NCBI RefSeq assembly: GCF_000315625.1
Contig: NW_005434669.1
Span: forward strand, 593,238-657,237
Length of the DNA stretch: 64,000 nt
Direction: 5' to 3'
Source of the DNA: Guillardia theta CCMP2712
Lineage: Eukaryota; Protista; Cryptophyta
Positions 12,208 to 25,664 of the stretch are shown piece after piece (position 1 is the first letter of the stretch; every line of letters starts with the position of its first letter). Below the pieces are notes generated by a model that saw only the letters and a list, made by a program, of their open reading frames with translations, made no database searches and had not been told where the DNA came from. The position numbers and the translations under genes were made by a program.

Positions 12208-13625
12208 TATAGGAAGTCTTGTTGATTTTCGGCTCGTGTTCGTTGTGAATAAACAATGTTGTCGGGGAACGCAAATTTCCTGCCTTTTTAATCGTGTCCG
12301 ATCTGGAGACATGTTTCTGGTTCCAATCCAGCACGATCATATACATATTGGAATGCGCCAGGTCAATGTGTCAAGATTTGACATATTGCCATGATTCTAC
12401 CAAAGCTACCATATCTCTAGTTGATCGCCAAAGAAAACAAGCCTGGCATTCACTACGTAGCTCCAGCCATAGTTGTGCTCTGTCGACTGAACGAAATCCT
12501 AATCAAATTGATTGCACCTTACACGTCTGAAATCATGACGATCAAGCTCTATCTCAAGTATCGAGCTACATATGATTGCTACATCGCTGGACATGCTGAC
12601 GATCGGAAAGCTCAAGTACTGTCGAAATATACAACCCGAGGTAGGGCTATATGTCACGGTCCCACCTGTCCGAGATTATGAAAATGCGAAATGGTCACAG
12701 CATATTGGTGAGCTCGGAAATCATCCCAATCTTGCTATCTAATATGTCTCCTGTTTTTCTTTGATCTTGGCCCGTCCTTCTTCGTAGCTCTGGGCTTAAG
12801 AAATAGCACCCCGTTTGCGTATAATCAAACTTGCAAAAGGCTTTTAAGCTTGATTAAAAGTTAGCAGCACTCTAGTAACATCGCAACACAATCGAGGTCA
12901 AAGTCACTGTCTTGAATCTTTTATTAGTTTTCATGCTTTTGGGCCTTGGTATACAACTTACATTAGGAAGGATCTCTGAATACAGGAATGGTGTGGTATG
13001 TAACCCAGGAATCGGGTCAAGGTAAAGTCGAGAAGCAGCAGACTTGATTTGTCTCCAGGAGAGTAAAGTCAAGCGAATATCTTATGGATTCTCTGCCCGT
13101 ACTAACGCTCAAGATAACTGACCTTATTTCTTAGTTGACCAGGGGTGGTTCAATAAGTCATGTAGGTTCAGCGCTCTTGTTATATATGATGAACCTTCTG
13201 GTTTCAGTGTACACTGTCATCATTTGCTTGTGGGAAGGAGATCTGTGTTGATTTGTGGCCCTTCTGCCTGCTTGCTGAAATTTGTAGATCTTCTGCCTGT
13301 TTGTTTCAGCAAGCAGGCAGATTACAGCACGCAATGCTGTAAGTGCTAACCCTGCCATTGATTCATACTACAAGTGGCCGCCCCTTCCGTCGCATACTTT
13401 GAATGGCATTTCAAAATAATTTTCCATACTTGATTTGAGAGAATCGTTGAATGTGCTCTTTTTCTTAGAGATATTTGTTTCAGAGAGGTTGATTCTTTAT
13501 TTTGAACCTTGCATGAACATGTTTCCAAGAAATAAAAAGAATAAATGTGTCTTAAGAGGTGCAGGTGACCTACCTTAAAACTTGATTTGATTTCTAACAA
13601 GTGAAGTCTGCTTGCGCGATCGACT

Positions 13626-13922
13626 TCATTTTTTCTGCTTTCTATTGGCCCAAGTTTGAGGTCTTGATAAACGCCTGTCCGTGCTCTCCCGCCTCATTGT
13701 GGTCAAATCAGGTTCCGACGAAGACACTTCCAAACTGAACCTCACAGTCTTCTTTAAAGAGTCCGTGCTCGAGCTTCTCCGCATGATCGTTCGATGACTA
13801 GTCGTCGGCGACAAAGGCTGGTCGGGATTTGAAAACATATCATTCCACCATGTCACTAAGCCTTGATCCAACGACGGCAGAGCAAAAGCCAGGTCAAATT
13901 TGGGCAACGTTTCTGCGGACAT
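13626..13922 (-). CDS. Intronless small hypothetical protein with KKTVRF (PP1-docking-like) motif
   Basis: 98-aa ORF MSAETLPKFDLAFALPSLDQGLVTWWNDMF...TIMRRSSSTDSLKKTVRFSLE...; shares its motif layout with 11629-12207. Confidence 0.5.
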   Translation of the reverse strand: MSAETLPKFDLAFALPSLDQGLVTWWNDMFSNPDQPLSPTTSHRTIMRRSSSTDSLKKTVRFSLEVSSSEPDLTTMRRESTDRRLSRPQTWANRKQKK

Positions 13923-14432
13923 GGCGGTTGGATCAGAAAGGGGATCAAAAGACGGTGATGCAGTCGCAGTGTTGCGATGCACGGACTGCAGATGAGATAG
14001 CTGGGAAGGGAGGACGGGAACTGGAGGGGAGGAGGCCAGGAGTAGGGACCGCAACGCTGACCGCAAGGAGGCAAAGGGTTTTTCGGAGTCGGGTGGGGCC
14101 GCCGGATCGGAGTTTCGGATTTACTACACATCTATTGGGCCCACGTCACTAAAAGTTTTTCAAACTATTTTATCAAATTTGAAATTATATGATCAATCTT
14201 CCAAAATTTTACGATGACTCCATGCTCCGGAAAAGTAACCGTCCTTCAATTATACTTGTAGATATATCAAGTAGCGCGCTTTTTTATGTGACATAATCAG
14301 GACAATGATGCTCCCAAGGGGTCTGGAAATCCGGAGACAGGTTGATGAGCTCTAATCAAGTTCCCGGGCAACGCCAGTAACCAACTAGCTAACTTTACTC
14401 AGCCCTTGTTTCCCTTGCCTGGTTCCACATCC

Positions 14433-17400
14433 ATGGAAGGGAGGGAGGGGAACAAACTTGACCAGCACGATGAGGAGGTTGATGGCAGAGCTCGCAGACA
14501 TTGAATCATTCTCACAGTCCAGTGCTCCAGGTTGCTCTGAGGTCCATCTTCCCCCACGAGTTCTCCTGGTGCTCCTCCTTGAGGTTCCTGTCCTTCCTTG
14601 TTTTGATCCGTGTTTGCTCCTGTAGCTTCGCAGATGACGAAACCGAGGTAGCAGCGGTGTCATGCTCAGATGGAGATGAAAGGGAAGAGAGCTACATGTA
14701 CAAGGTGTTAACATTGTGTCTTTCAGCGGGACAAAGTAACGATTGGTCAAATAGCTCGTCGTTCCAGCGGATACCTCTGAGTTCAAGACATGTGGGCCAA
14801 GTTTGACATGCGCATGTTCCATGACCTCTTGCTTGTTCTCCCAGTCCTCAACATGCCAGGAGCGGACATCATCAAGTTTTGTGAAGGTGGACGAACTCCA
14901 TGTGCTCCGGAAAGTGATGCTAGCTCCAGCTAAGAACCTTGGTTATGAGAGTAGTTTACCGACCCTGGAAATCCATTGCCTGCCCCCCTTGTACTTGTTG
15001 TGGTCTGTCCCCGACGGTAACTTCCGCTAGCTCACCTAGAGCTTGCCAAGTCATCCTCGTCTTCAGGTTATCCATCCGATGATCCTCCCCGTTTCGAGGT
15101 CGCGTGCAGTTGGCTCAGTCCAGTTCAGATCAAGCAACTGGAGCAGTAAGCTGCGGATGTTGCTCCTCGTCATTCAGCTGAGTCTGGCAGGGTTATGCTA
15201 GGGATGTGGGAGGAAGTGAAAGGGAGCGGAGTGATATTCCTATGGCAGGACTTCCTGTAAAATCTCTGTGTGAAATTCATCGAGTGACGGAGCCACCAAA
15301 TTTGCAGGCACAGGGAGAGCATGCGGTCCCTTGGCTTCGGAAAAGAGGTTCGACTAGTCCCTTGGATCGACGAGGAGGATCCTACAAATGGTGGTCTGAG
15401 CGCCATTTCCTTCTGTGCTCCAAGTTCAGCGACAGCAGAGGAGGTTGCGGTAATTCTGCGACCGGACCAAACATCAGATGTTGTCGATCAAGAACAAATA
15501 TCAAGTCTGTTGAATGATCGCTTTGTCACAAAGTATCTAGCATTTGTGAGACGTTGTTTTGAAGTGAACGATGCAGAGATGCAAAGGTTTCCTTGCTTGC
15601 TCTCCTTGGGCAGGGACTGGTTCACTCGTTTGCAGGGAATTCTTGCAAACCCAACACACGTGTGACTTGTGCTTGGAATCTAAGGTGAGCAAGTGCTATA
15701 CACTGCGTGCGATGAAACAAGTTTTGTTTGTGTACAAGTTGGGCAGCAAACATCGGGTGCTGGACTGTGGGCATTATTATTGCACAGATTGCTTGTCATG
15801 TAAAATGCCTGTGCTAACAATATGCACGTGTTCTTGATGCGTTGTTGGCTAGCCATGTTTCATCTGCATGTCTCAGAAGGCTCAATAGATCTCTTGATCT
15901 GCCCCAAGGTACTTGTGATGTGTTGTATACCTTGTATGTGATTGCTGAACGCTAGGGAGATTGCCGTATTCCGATAGCTCCTTATGTTGTGAAAGATATC
16001 ACGAACCAGGAGCTCTACAATCGATTTCAGGTGACAAGACCGTGCGTCTGGTCTGTTTGCATGGAAACTCTTGTTGATCTTCCACACCAGACCATGTTTC
16101 ATAAGAAGTCTCTCGAGAAGATAACAGGTGTTACAAGGATACAGAAAGTGTGGTGGAACTTGTTTTCTCATTCTCATGCTGCAAGGACTGCGATTTTGTC
16201 CTCGTTGTGCAAGTTTGGATCAGATAGAGGCTCATTCAGCGGTCTAGGCAGCATCTTCTATATACTCCTCTATGACTGGTGCCGCAGGGAACCGAGGAGG
16301 GTGCCTTCGAGCCTGTTCCGTGCGTGCCAGAGACAGCAGGAGATTTCAACCTCTACATATGTCCCAAGGTGTTGCGTTGAAGTGTGTGCGAGCGAATGGC
16401 AAGCGCTGTGACTGCTTCCTGCAGTGCAGCTTCACGTTCTGCGGGAAATGCTTCAGGGCGTATCATCCAGGTCGTTGACTGTCCGTTGAAACTCTCCACG
16501 ATCTCACGTGGATTTCACAGGAGTTTCCTGCGAGTCCCGAGAGTTCCAGTGAGTCTCTTCTCCTGCAGCAGCAACTCAGTGGAAGGAGCTCATGGCTGTT
16601 CCGATCAGGCAAGTGCTTGACCTCAGCAACCCAAGGCTGCAGCAGGTGAAATTTGAAGCATTGCGCACAGTCCGTCACTCGCTCCAGTCCATGCAAGAGC
16701 GACTAGCCACTCAGAGGCTAATCCAGCAAAGCACCGGTCAGCTCCTTGCTTCTCCTGCCTCTCACGAGGTCTCATCGCTGGTTGCACTTGTATAGTGCCG
16801 TGCCCTACATGTGCGATAGCAATCGAGAAGACAGAAGGCTGCAATCACATGCTTTGCACGTGAAGCACTTCTGTTGATCGCGTGAGAACATTCATGATGA
16901 GAACGCCTTTGGACAGGTTTTGTGGCACACACTTCTGTTGGAACTGCGGGAAGGCGATCATGTTGAGCAATCCATATGATCACTTCTCATCAACAGGCTG
17001 CAAGGCGTTCAACGATGAAGGTACAAGTTGAGATGTCTATCAGTCGCGATATGGCCTGATGAGAGTTCGTCCTGGCCTGCAGACATTGAGCGAATTAGGA
17101 TGCAGCAAGGCTTTCTGGGGGTAGGCAAACCTCTTCTGCGTGACGGAGGGAAGAATCTGAAACCAGAGCAGGCAGGAGCGCGAGCAGACGCGAGGGCGCA
17201 AGCCGTTGGATTCTACCGGAACCGCCTCGGCCGAGCGATGGTCAACGATCCGAGGGTACGTGTCTTGTGCTCTGTACTCGCCTGACTCGAATGTGTAGGC
17301 GGTTCCTTGTCCAAACTGTCGGGTGAGTGAAGATTCAGATTGTGATGAACTTACCAAGGATGATGCCAGGAGCAAATCATGAAGCGAGGAACCAACAATC

Positions 17401-17571
17401 ACATCACCTGCAACAACTGCTCAATCCAATTCTGCTTTCTCTGCCGGTGAGACCGTCACTCGCTGCAGGGTCTCCACTTTGATTCTCCTTGCTGGCAGTG
17501 TGCGACTGAAGAAGATGGCGGGACACTTCAACCCAAGTCATCCCCAGCACAGTGACGTGCAAGACACATGA
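14433..17571 (+). CDS. RNF14: RWD-RBR E3 ubiquitin ligase (RNF14/Itt1-like), many exons
   Basis: RWD: DQHDEE/VALRSIFP, LEIHCLPPLYL, GYPSDDPPRFEVACSWLS, MWEEVKGSGVIFLWQDF. RING1: CDLC..CGHYYCTDC. IBR: CSFTFCGKCFRAYHPG. RING2: CPTCAIAIEKTEGCNHMLC..CGTHFCWNC. Extra C-terminal CPNC..NNHITCNNC..FCFLC; stop at 17569-17571. Confidence 0.85.
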
Positions 17572-18220
17572 CAAGGGCGACATGAAACATGTAACGACTC
17601 AGTCGCTTCTTTCTCAGCATTTGGTTTCTGGCACTCAGCTGATGACTGCAAGCCTGCTGATAACAACACGACGCACAGCACACTGCTCTCTCAGCTCTGC
17701 GAACTGAACGGCAACAGTCGCAAAGAAAACAAGAGAACAAACTAAGTGATGGTGCTGCCGACACTGACGGCTCTGCCAACTACCGCCGCTTGGTCATGAA
17801 AGCCTCTACCGCATGGTACGGTAGTACCGCTCTTCTGGCACTATACCGAGGCATCAGAGAAACTTCGGAAAGACGCCCCGATGCTTGTAGATAATCACTG
17901 ACACGATGTTGCCATTTCACTGACTTAACTGATGAGCTGCATAGAGCCATGACTGCGGCAGATATCAGTGTTGTTGTTGTGATAGATTTCAGTACAAGTG
18001 CTGCCTCCCTTCACGGCTCTACTCGTCTGAACTCCGAGTTCGCATCTCAGTGAGAGTTCTCAGTACCATCGAACTCGCAGCGCAAAGTTGCTGTCTTCAT
18101 AATTCGATATCAGTTCTCACTGTTCTCAGGTGGAACTTATTTCTGTCTTTTTGTTTATAAATACAAGGTCCTGAGGTGAGCTCGATCAGTCTACCTGTGT
18201 TTCCGCAAAAGGATGGCGAA

Positions 18221-19947
18221 ATGAGAAACCAAGCAGCGCTGGCAATGGTTGCAGGAGGGTTGTGGGTAGGGGGCATGCAGGGAGCAGCTTTCGTCGTCAT
18301 GCTGCTAGGAGGTATTTCCTCCTTCCCATCCTCCCCTGCTATGCTTCTTCCTCTTGCCTCGCTTCGTCTCGTGACCTCGACCAGTCTGCTCTGCAATTAT
18401 TCACTCCTGCCATGCTTGCAGTGGGCATCTTCCTGCTGAAGTCGATCATATCGCCAACGCTCGGCGTCGTCCCTGTGGACATGACAGGTCAGGTTGTGAT
18501 CGTGACAGGAGGAAACAGTGGCTGCGGGCTAGAGACCGTCAGGTCAGCACGGGTGGTGACCAGGGGTTCAGACTGAGCTCAATCTTATCAGGATGTTGGC
18601 TGGATGGAATGCTACTGTGATCATGGCCTGCCGCGATGAGAAGCGAGGAGAGATGGCGGCAAAGGACGTGCGATCTTCTTTGAGCCCTTCGAGCAAGGGG
18701 GAGGTAGCTCCTGCTGATCCCGCTGCCCCCTACCTAACGGTCTCAAGGTGCTGGTGTGGAAACTTGACCTTGAATCCTTCGATAGCATTCGAACTTTCGC
18801 TCAGAAGTTCCGAGCAAGCGGTGAAGCTTTCACACCCGATGTCTTGCAAGAAGGCTGACCTGCCCAGGCATGCAACTGAATGTGCTGATAAACAATGCGG
18901 GGGTGCGATACCATGCTTTGGAAATAACGCAAGATGGAATAGAGCTGCACTATCAGGTCTGAGAGTTGTTGAAGATAGTTCGAGGTCCTGACTGAGTGCA
19001 AGGTCAACCATCTGGGACACTTCTTGTTGAGTATCGAACTCCTTGAGCCTATGAAGAAAGCAGCACGGAATGGTCGGAGAGCAAGGTCATCACCTTCTAC
19101 TTTTACCTCTCCTCTCAACTCTCTTGGTGCGTGCTAACTCCCGGCTCATGACACCAGGATTGTACATGTTTCAAGCTCAGCCCACCATTTCGGAGTGATA
19201 GAGAGCAGCGTATACTCGTCCAAGATAAGGAACACCGACGAGTCGTCCTTCAAGGCAGCCTTGCAGCCAAGCCGTTCATCTCCTCACGCTTGAAGCAGCG
19301 CCGGATGAAGGAGAGCGTCGAAGGAGTCTACGGAGACACCAAATTGATGCAGGTGTGAGACAGCAAACTTGGTCTCAGCGTGCTGATGCCTGGCAGGTGG
19401 TGATATCGAGGGAGATGGATCGAAGGCTGTCCGAGTACGGCATCAACTCCTACGCTGTGCATCCAGGCGAGATTTCGCACTTGTCGGCCATCATGTGATG
19501 AGAGCAGCAGGTTTTGTGAAGACTTCCTTCGGAAAGCGAGACAAGAGATGGTGAGGAGTGAGGTAGCGTCACAAGGCTGTCGCTGAGCCTCCACGAACAG
19601 GCTCCAAACTTTCCTTGTCCTCACTAGACCCCTGCTTGCCAGAGACCCGATGCAGGTCTGGTGCCCTCCTCTTCCAGTCCCTGCCCCTCAGCTTCCCCTC
19701 CCTCCCTCCCTGTTTGATCGAGTGGTTGGGGCGCAGGGGGCGATGACCCAAGTGTATGCGGCTACATCTCGTGAGCTCGAGGGACGCGGGGGACTGTGAG
19801 AGAGCACGCGCAGAGAAAGCTTGACCATGACGGTGATGCTGCAGATATCTTGATAATTGCAAAGTCGCAACTGCGTCAACTCTATCCCAGGATGCAGCAC
19901 TGGCGAAATGGCTGTGGAACACAAGCATGGATCTGATTTCTGTTTGA
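18221..19947 (+). CDS. Short-chain dehydrogenase/reductase (retinol dehydrogenase 11/12/13/14-like) with N-terminal hydrophobic anchor
   Basis: VVIVTGGNSGCG (TGxxxGxG), VIMACRD, LINNAG, VNHLGHFLL, VHVSSSAH, catalytic YGDTK, AVHPG; ends ..LAKWLWNTSMDLISV*. Confidence 0.88.
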
Positions 19948-20028
19948 AAGCACGAGGAGGAATAGGAAGTTAGAGTGTCAGCATGCGAGGTTTCTTTATG
20001 TATTAATCACGCAGAGCACATCTCTGCT

Positions 20029-22921
20029 TCAGACTGAGCATAGACCGGCACGCACTTGTCCCATCTTCACTCCCTCCTTGTAGATTGTTTGTATCATCCA
20101 CCTGGAAGAGAGTGAGAGGTGAGACGAGGAGAGCAGTCTAGTCAGTCTTCACCTCCTGATGAGGTCGATGTCTTTCTGGGAGAAGTCAAACTTTCTTCCG
20201 ATGCTCAGGTAGGCAGCGAACATGCAGGCGAACACCTGTGTGCTGGTCACCTTCAACCGCCTCCTTCCCATCCCTCCTACCCCGCAGTCGCAGCAGTTCA
20301 GCTGCCGAGGGACCTCGTCTCTCGAGGGGAGAGGCGCTTCCAGACCGACATGTCCTCGTCCTGCGACCGGCGACTTGTCAGGCATCAGTCAAGCAGACGG
20401 CGAGGAGGGAGCACCACGCTCTGCTTGTCCTTCAGCTCATCCTTGATCCACCTGTGCAGGTTGTCGTGTACGTCCCTTCCTCGCGTGTCAGCAGCACATC
20501 TGAGGGCATGACGGCAACTCACTCGTGCTTGTTGGAGCCCAACGAGTCGTAGACCTGGCGAGCAGTCAGCGCCACTTGCTCGTAGACCCTCCAAGTTGCG
20601 CCACCTCCGTCCTCTTGTTCTTGAAGTCGATGCAAGCGCAGAACCAGTGAACGTTGTCCTGGTTGATGGGGATGATCTGATAGCGGGTAGTGAGGCAAGG
20701 CTTCGTCAGGGGCCAAGAAGAGATTGTTGAGGAGCAGGGACCAACCATCTTGTCACAATCGAAGACGTTAATCTTCTTCGTCCACCTGGTCTCGCATCTC
20801 AGAGAAGATGTTCACACCCCAAGCAACTCGGTGTCACCTCCGCACATTCTTGTAGCTGTACACCTTGTTCTCTTCATCCAGAAGCTTTGTGTAAAAATAT
20901 GTGTTTGCAAACCAGCATCTCGGTCCCTATGGTTGCCGTCATCGAGCGCTGAGAAGGAAGGACGAGCCTCACCATCTCCTTCTCCTTCCCAGGCTCACAA
21001 GGTTTCGGCATCTTTCCTTGGGACCCTCCACCATGCTCCTCCCTCCACCACTCGAGCCACCAAGTGATGACCTTCGATTAACCGGTAAGAGAAGAGAGAG
21101 GGAGAAGGAGAGAGGCAGAGGACGAGGGGAGGCAGCACACTTCTACCTCACTGTTCAACCAAACGCCGTCTCGCATGCACTCCAGCTTTTCTCTCGTCAC
21201 GTCGATGTCAAATCGATCAGCGATGAGCTCCTTCTCTCCATGTCACTCAGGGATGTGGCAATTGGTGACATTCACCTTTGGTCCGAGCTGAGCCAGTATG
21301 GTATCCAGCAACCTGGACATCGGAGGATAAACATCAGGCAGCAGCAAAAGTTGCGCCCACCGGCCATCCACTGATCCTCCTCTCGCTAACTCCAAGGGAG
21401 TTTTGGGTCCTGCAGGAAGAAAGTGAGGCGAGAGCGACGAGAAATCAGCCTGACAGTCACCTTCGGTCACCGCAGAAGCAGACAACTGAGACGTCAAGGC
21501 TTGCAGTTTGGCCTGCAGATACAACGTCATCATGACGTCATCACACAAGAAGGAGAAAAGGACCTCATATTCTTCTTTTTGCAGCTGCTTCTCGAGCTCT
21601 ACATCAGCAAGCTTCCTCTCGAGCAGGGCCTGGAGGACGCAAAGAAACAGACATCAAGTCAGGTCAAGGACCTCGCCAGGTAGTGAGATAGACGTGTCAA
21701 GTCTGACTTACAGTTTTCAACAAGATCCGCTCATGCACATTCATAGGCAGATACTGCGTCACTGAGTTCAGATGGCTGCACGGTATCACAAAGAGATTCC
21801 AAACCAGAGGACGAGAGGTCGGGCTTTCCTGGCCCAACCCTTCCGCCACCATCCCCCGCCTCTTCGACTCATCATCATGCACGCCGTTCTTCTCCCTCAT
21901 GGAGTTGAGGTGCCAGGGGTTACCCCAGGACTGCGGCGCTTGTCTGCTGCGGGTAACTAGGAGGCAAGCACAAGGATAGCAGCACACCTGTGCGCGAGGG
22001 GACTTGAGCGGAACGCGTTCCAGGTGGGGGAGAACTCGTGGGGGGAGTGGCTGCTCTCTTTGTAGTGCTTCTCCTGCATCCGGATGCTCCGATGGCTCTC
22101 AGAGACCCTGCAGCAAACTCAACATCCCCCGATGACAAGCCAGGCGGGAGAAGCGAAGGAGGGAGGGAAGCGATTGGCAAGGCGGAGAAGAGGGAAGGAT
22201 TGGAGCAGAGGAAGTGTTTAACAAGAGGATGCACAAAGGAGCAGATTGGTAAAGAGGAGGCAGTATTGATGGTGAAAGAGGAGGAGGAGGAGGTGGTGGT
22301 GGTGGTGGTAGTGGAGGAGGAGGAGGAGGAGGAGGAGGAATATCTCGCCTCATCTTCCTGTCTCTCTTTTCCGCGAAGCCCAACTGTTCAGGGCTGCAAA
22401 TTGTCTTGGGTAACAGGATATTGTCTCCGTCTACACCAGCAGGTGAACTCTGAGGAAAGAATCAACGCAGGTGCAGCCCTGAAATAACTCGAAGACCTTG
22501 AGCGGGGGCTCGATCCTGTAGATTGGGGTCGACCGATCTGCGTCCGACGTCTCAAGAGGGAGGAGAAACGAGGGAAGTTTCTACGCAAGTGAATCCTAAA
22601 GCTTGCCGGACTCGACAGCATTGCGGGGGAAGGGTCTGCGAGCGAGCGGGAAGCATTCGTTGAAGTGCCCTTTGCACTATGAACCCCGTTGCTGGAGGCG
22701 ACATATGCGTCTTGCTCGCCATGTGAGAGGATGTTCAACAGACAAGAGAGCACGCACTCGATCTCGATCCATAAGTCGACGCATGAGACTCGAACACGCC
22801 AGTCGTGCCTTGACGGACGCCTGATAAATGTAAACATGACATAGAAGCAGCAGGTCAGCCTACTGGACGCCGGCCTCTTGCTGTCATGGTTCCTCTCCCC
22901 GTTTTCAAAGCTTGCGCGCAT
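20029..22921 (-). CDS. Ulp1/SENP SUMO-specific cysteine protease (peptidase C48); start approximate
   Basis: GVWLNSEV, FYTKL, RWTKKINVFDCDK, IIPINQDNVHWFCACIDFK (catalytic His), VYDSLG (Asp), PRQLNCCDCGV (Gln/Cys), FDFSQKDIDLIRR; long low-complexity N-terminus. Confidence 0.85.
22278..22339. repeat. Compound (GAG)n(GTG)n microsatellite inside the SENP locus
   Basis: Directly visible. Confidence 0.9.
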
Positions 22922-23805
22922 CCTCTTGCTGGTTCTGGAGTCTTCTCAAGGGTCAGGCGTAAGTTGGGTGAGATTCCATGAAATGCCTTCACTCGTAGAC
23001 TTTCGCTTCCGTTCCGTCTGCCCTACTAAGCTTTCCTAGTAATGCGCAGTAAAAGAACCATTCACGCCACGCTCAAGCCACGTACCCACAAGGAACCGAT
23101 AGTTTGTGATAGCGTTACTCCAAGTAACGTAATCATTCACCTGATGAGAGCACACGAGAGGAGGATGCGTCAGGTATGCACGTGCTGCACAAGCAAGAAG
23201 GAAGAGAGATATTCCTCCGCTTACCCTTCACTCGGTTGCTGCAACCTCAGCACATAGACGAAGAGAGGAGATGTAACAGCACTGCTGCTAGAATGTCAAT
23301 CACTCAAACATGCCATCTCCCTCGGTCAATCCCAAACCCTCTCGATCCTCACAGCCAACACAGACCATGCAAGTATCGAAAGAGCAGAAGCCGCTTCACG
23401 CATGTCGTTGCGGTTGACATGAGACCATGAACACCAGTCTCCTTGTGTTTGTCTCTACGGCATGATCTCCTCTGATCATCTACACGTCCTCCTCTTCCCT
23501 CACTCCCCTCCTTCTTGACCGCCTCCGCGCGCTCACATAGCGGAAGGGATGAGGAAATCCTGGAGACACTTGGATGGTGGGGTAGTGTACCAGTCAGTGT
23601 TGGAGAGCTTAGTGGTGGGTGATTGACTACGGGTACATATACCAGGTGAAATACTAGTAAATATGGGGGTAATGAACGAAGGCGAGTAACTTTCCATACA
23701 GCATGGTACTTGTGTTTGACAGGTTTGATAGAGGGGTGGGTGGGGGGCAGTCTGCTTGGAACAGAGCGGGGATGGGGCCCGAATTACCCTCAGCTCTACT
23801 AGGCT

Positions 23806-25543
23806 ATGGCAGAGACTTTCGATTTTCGGTCGGACACGGTGACGAAGCCAACGACGACGATGAAGACGAAGATGGTGGAGAGCGAAGTTGGGGACGACGT
23901 GTTCGGAGATGATCCCACAGTGATCGCTCTCGAAGAAGAGTGTGCTCGCTTGTTCGAGAAGGAAGCGGGTTGTTGCCTCGATTGTATCCCACGTCGATGA
24001 CCCAGAACGGCAGGCTTGTTCGTGCCCTCCGGGACCATGGGGAACTTGATTGCGGTCATGGTTCACTGTGATAGCAGAGGAAGTGAAGTCATCTTGGGTA
24101 GCAAGAACCATCTTGTTGTCTACGAGCAGGTCGAGCCTTGTCAATTGTTTCTCCTGTTGAGTGAGAATTGCAGGGAGGCATGTCGACCATAGCAGGAGTT
24201 CACCCGAGGCAGCTCAAGACGGAGGAAGAGCATGACAGGTAGAGAAAAGTACGCTGTGAGCCCGGCTCCTTGACATCCTCCACAGCTCGACCCCAGTTGG
24301 AGGGATATCGCTGAAAGAGATCGAGGAGAATATCAGGGTCGACGACGTTCACTTTCCAAGAACAAGGTGAGCATGTCCTCGGGAATGTTTCATTCGCCTT
24401 GCATGCAATTTAACTGCTAGCAAGTCTCGCCCGTACCTCAACCATCCCCGCACCTTCTCTGACGTCCTTTCGTGGCGATCTCGATGACATTCGCTCAAGG
24501 CTTGTCTGCCTGGAAAACACGCACAATCTCTGCGGTGGAGTTGCTTTGCCGGTGGATTATATCGACAAGGTTGGATCGTTATGTAGAGCACACGGGTGAG
24601 GAGCAAGGAGTGTCGGGGGGCTCGTGGTGATGTTGAGTGGCAGATTGAAACTTCACATGGACGGAGCTCGAATCTTTAACGCGGCCACCGCGACTCAAAC
24701 CTCCGTCGCTCGGATATGCCGCGATTGCGACAGGTTGATTGCTCAATGAGAAGCTTGCAACGCTCAGTCTCCTCTTCCTCCAGCGTGTCTGTGTGCCTGA
24801 GCAAAGGGCTGGCGTCTCCTGTTGGAACGGTCTTGCTGGGGACGAAAGGTAGAGGTTCACAAGTGTGCAGTAGAGGATCTTAGAGGTTGACCAGACTTCA
24901 TCCGGTCTGCACGGCGCATGAGAAAGGAAGGAGAGACAGGGATGAAGACACTGACGTGCTGACAGCTGGAGCAGGTGCTGGGCGGGGGGATGCGACAAGC
25001 TGGAGTGCTTGCTGCATGTGGCCTCGTGTCCCTCCGCGAGATGACGAGTCGGCTACAAGAGGACCACAACAATGCCAGGCTCCTTGCCGAGGGACTTTCT
25101 CAGGTCCTGCTGTCAGGACAGGAGAGAGCTGGTCCTGACCCACTTCCTTAGATTGCTGGGGTTGAAGTTGACTTGCTGTCGGTTCAGACAAACATCGGTA
25201 GGACTCGGCTTGCATCGGCTCGTTTGAGAGCCTCCTGCCAGTTTACTTCCGATTGACTAAAGGAGGAGCCAGACAGCTTGCTGCAGATCTCAAGACCAGG
25301 TAAGGTTACGGGCCTCTGCAAGGAGGCAGAGTGTGAGAGGGCGGATGGGAGAGCTCATTTGTTGCACTGAACTGACGACAGAGGGTTGCTGATTGGAGCC
25401 AAAGATGACTTTGTTTGCCGCGCAGTGCTTCATTACATGGTAACTGCGATGATATCCTATGAGACATGGAGTCTGACGACTTTTAGCTTGACCGGGCAGC
25501 TGTAGAGCGTCTGCTTGAGAACATCCGCAACCTCGTGGTTTGA
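23806..25543 (+). CDS. Low-specificity L-threonine aldolase (PLP-dependent, GLY1/ltaE family)
   Basis: [67 protein letters not shown] (PLP lysine), [12 protein letters not shown]; ends [18 protein letters not shown]. Confidence 0.93.
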
Positions 25544-25664
25544 GTTCGCCCGCCCGTAGCCCACTTTTGCTCAAGTCTATCGGGTCGTGAAGGTTTCTCT
25601 CGAGCTAAGTGAATGAGACGAGCTCTTGATCTGGCTCAGATCCCTTGAGACTGGCCCCGTCCTC

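Noticed and set aside
12210-13620. AT-rich stretch with short ORF fragments, possibly a decayed transposon or virus
   Set aside because: No transposase, RT, integrase or capsid motif and no terminal repeats recognised.
14385-14822. Minus-strand 145-aa ORF
   Set aside because: Antisense to the RWD-domain exons of the RNF14-like gene, which match family motifs on the plus strand.
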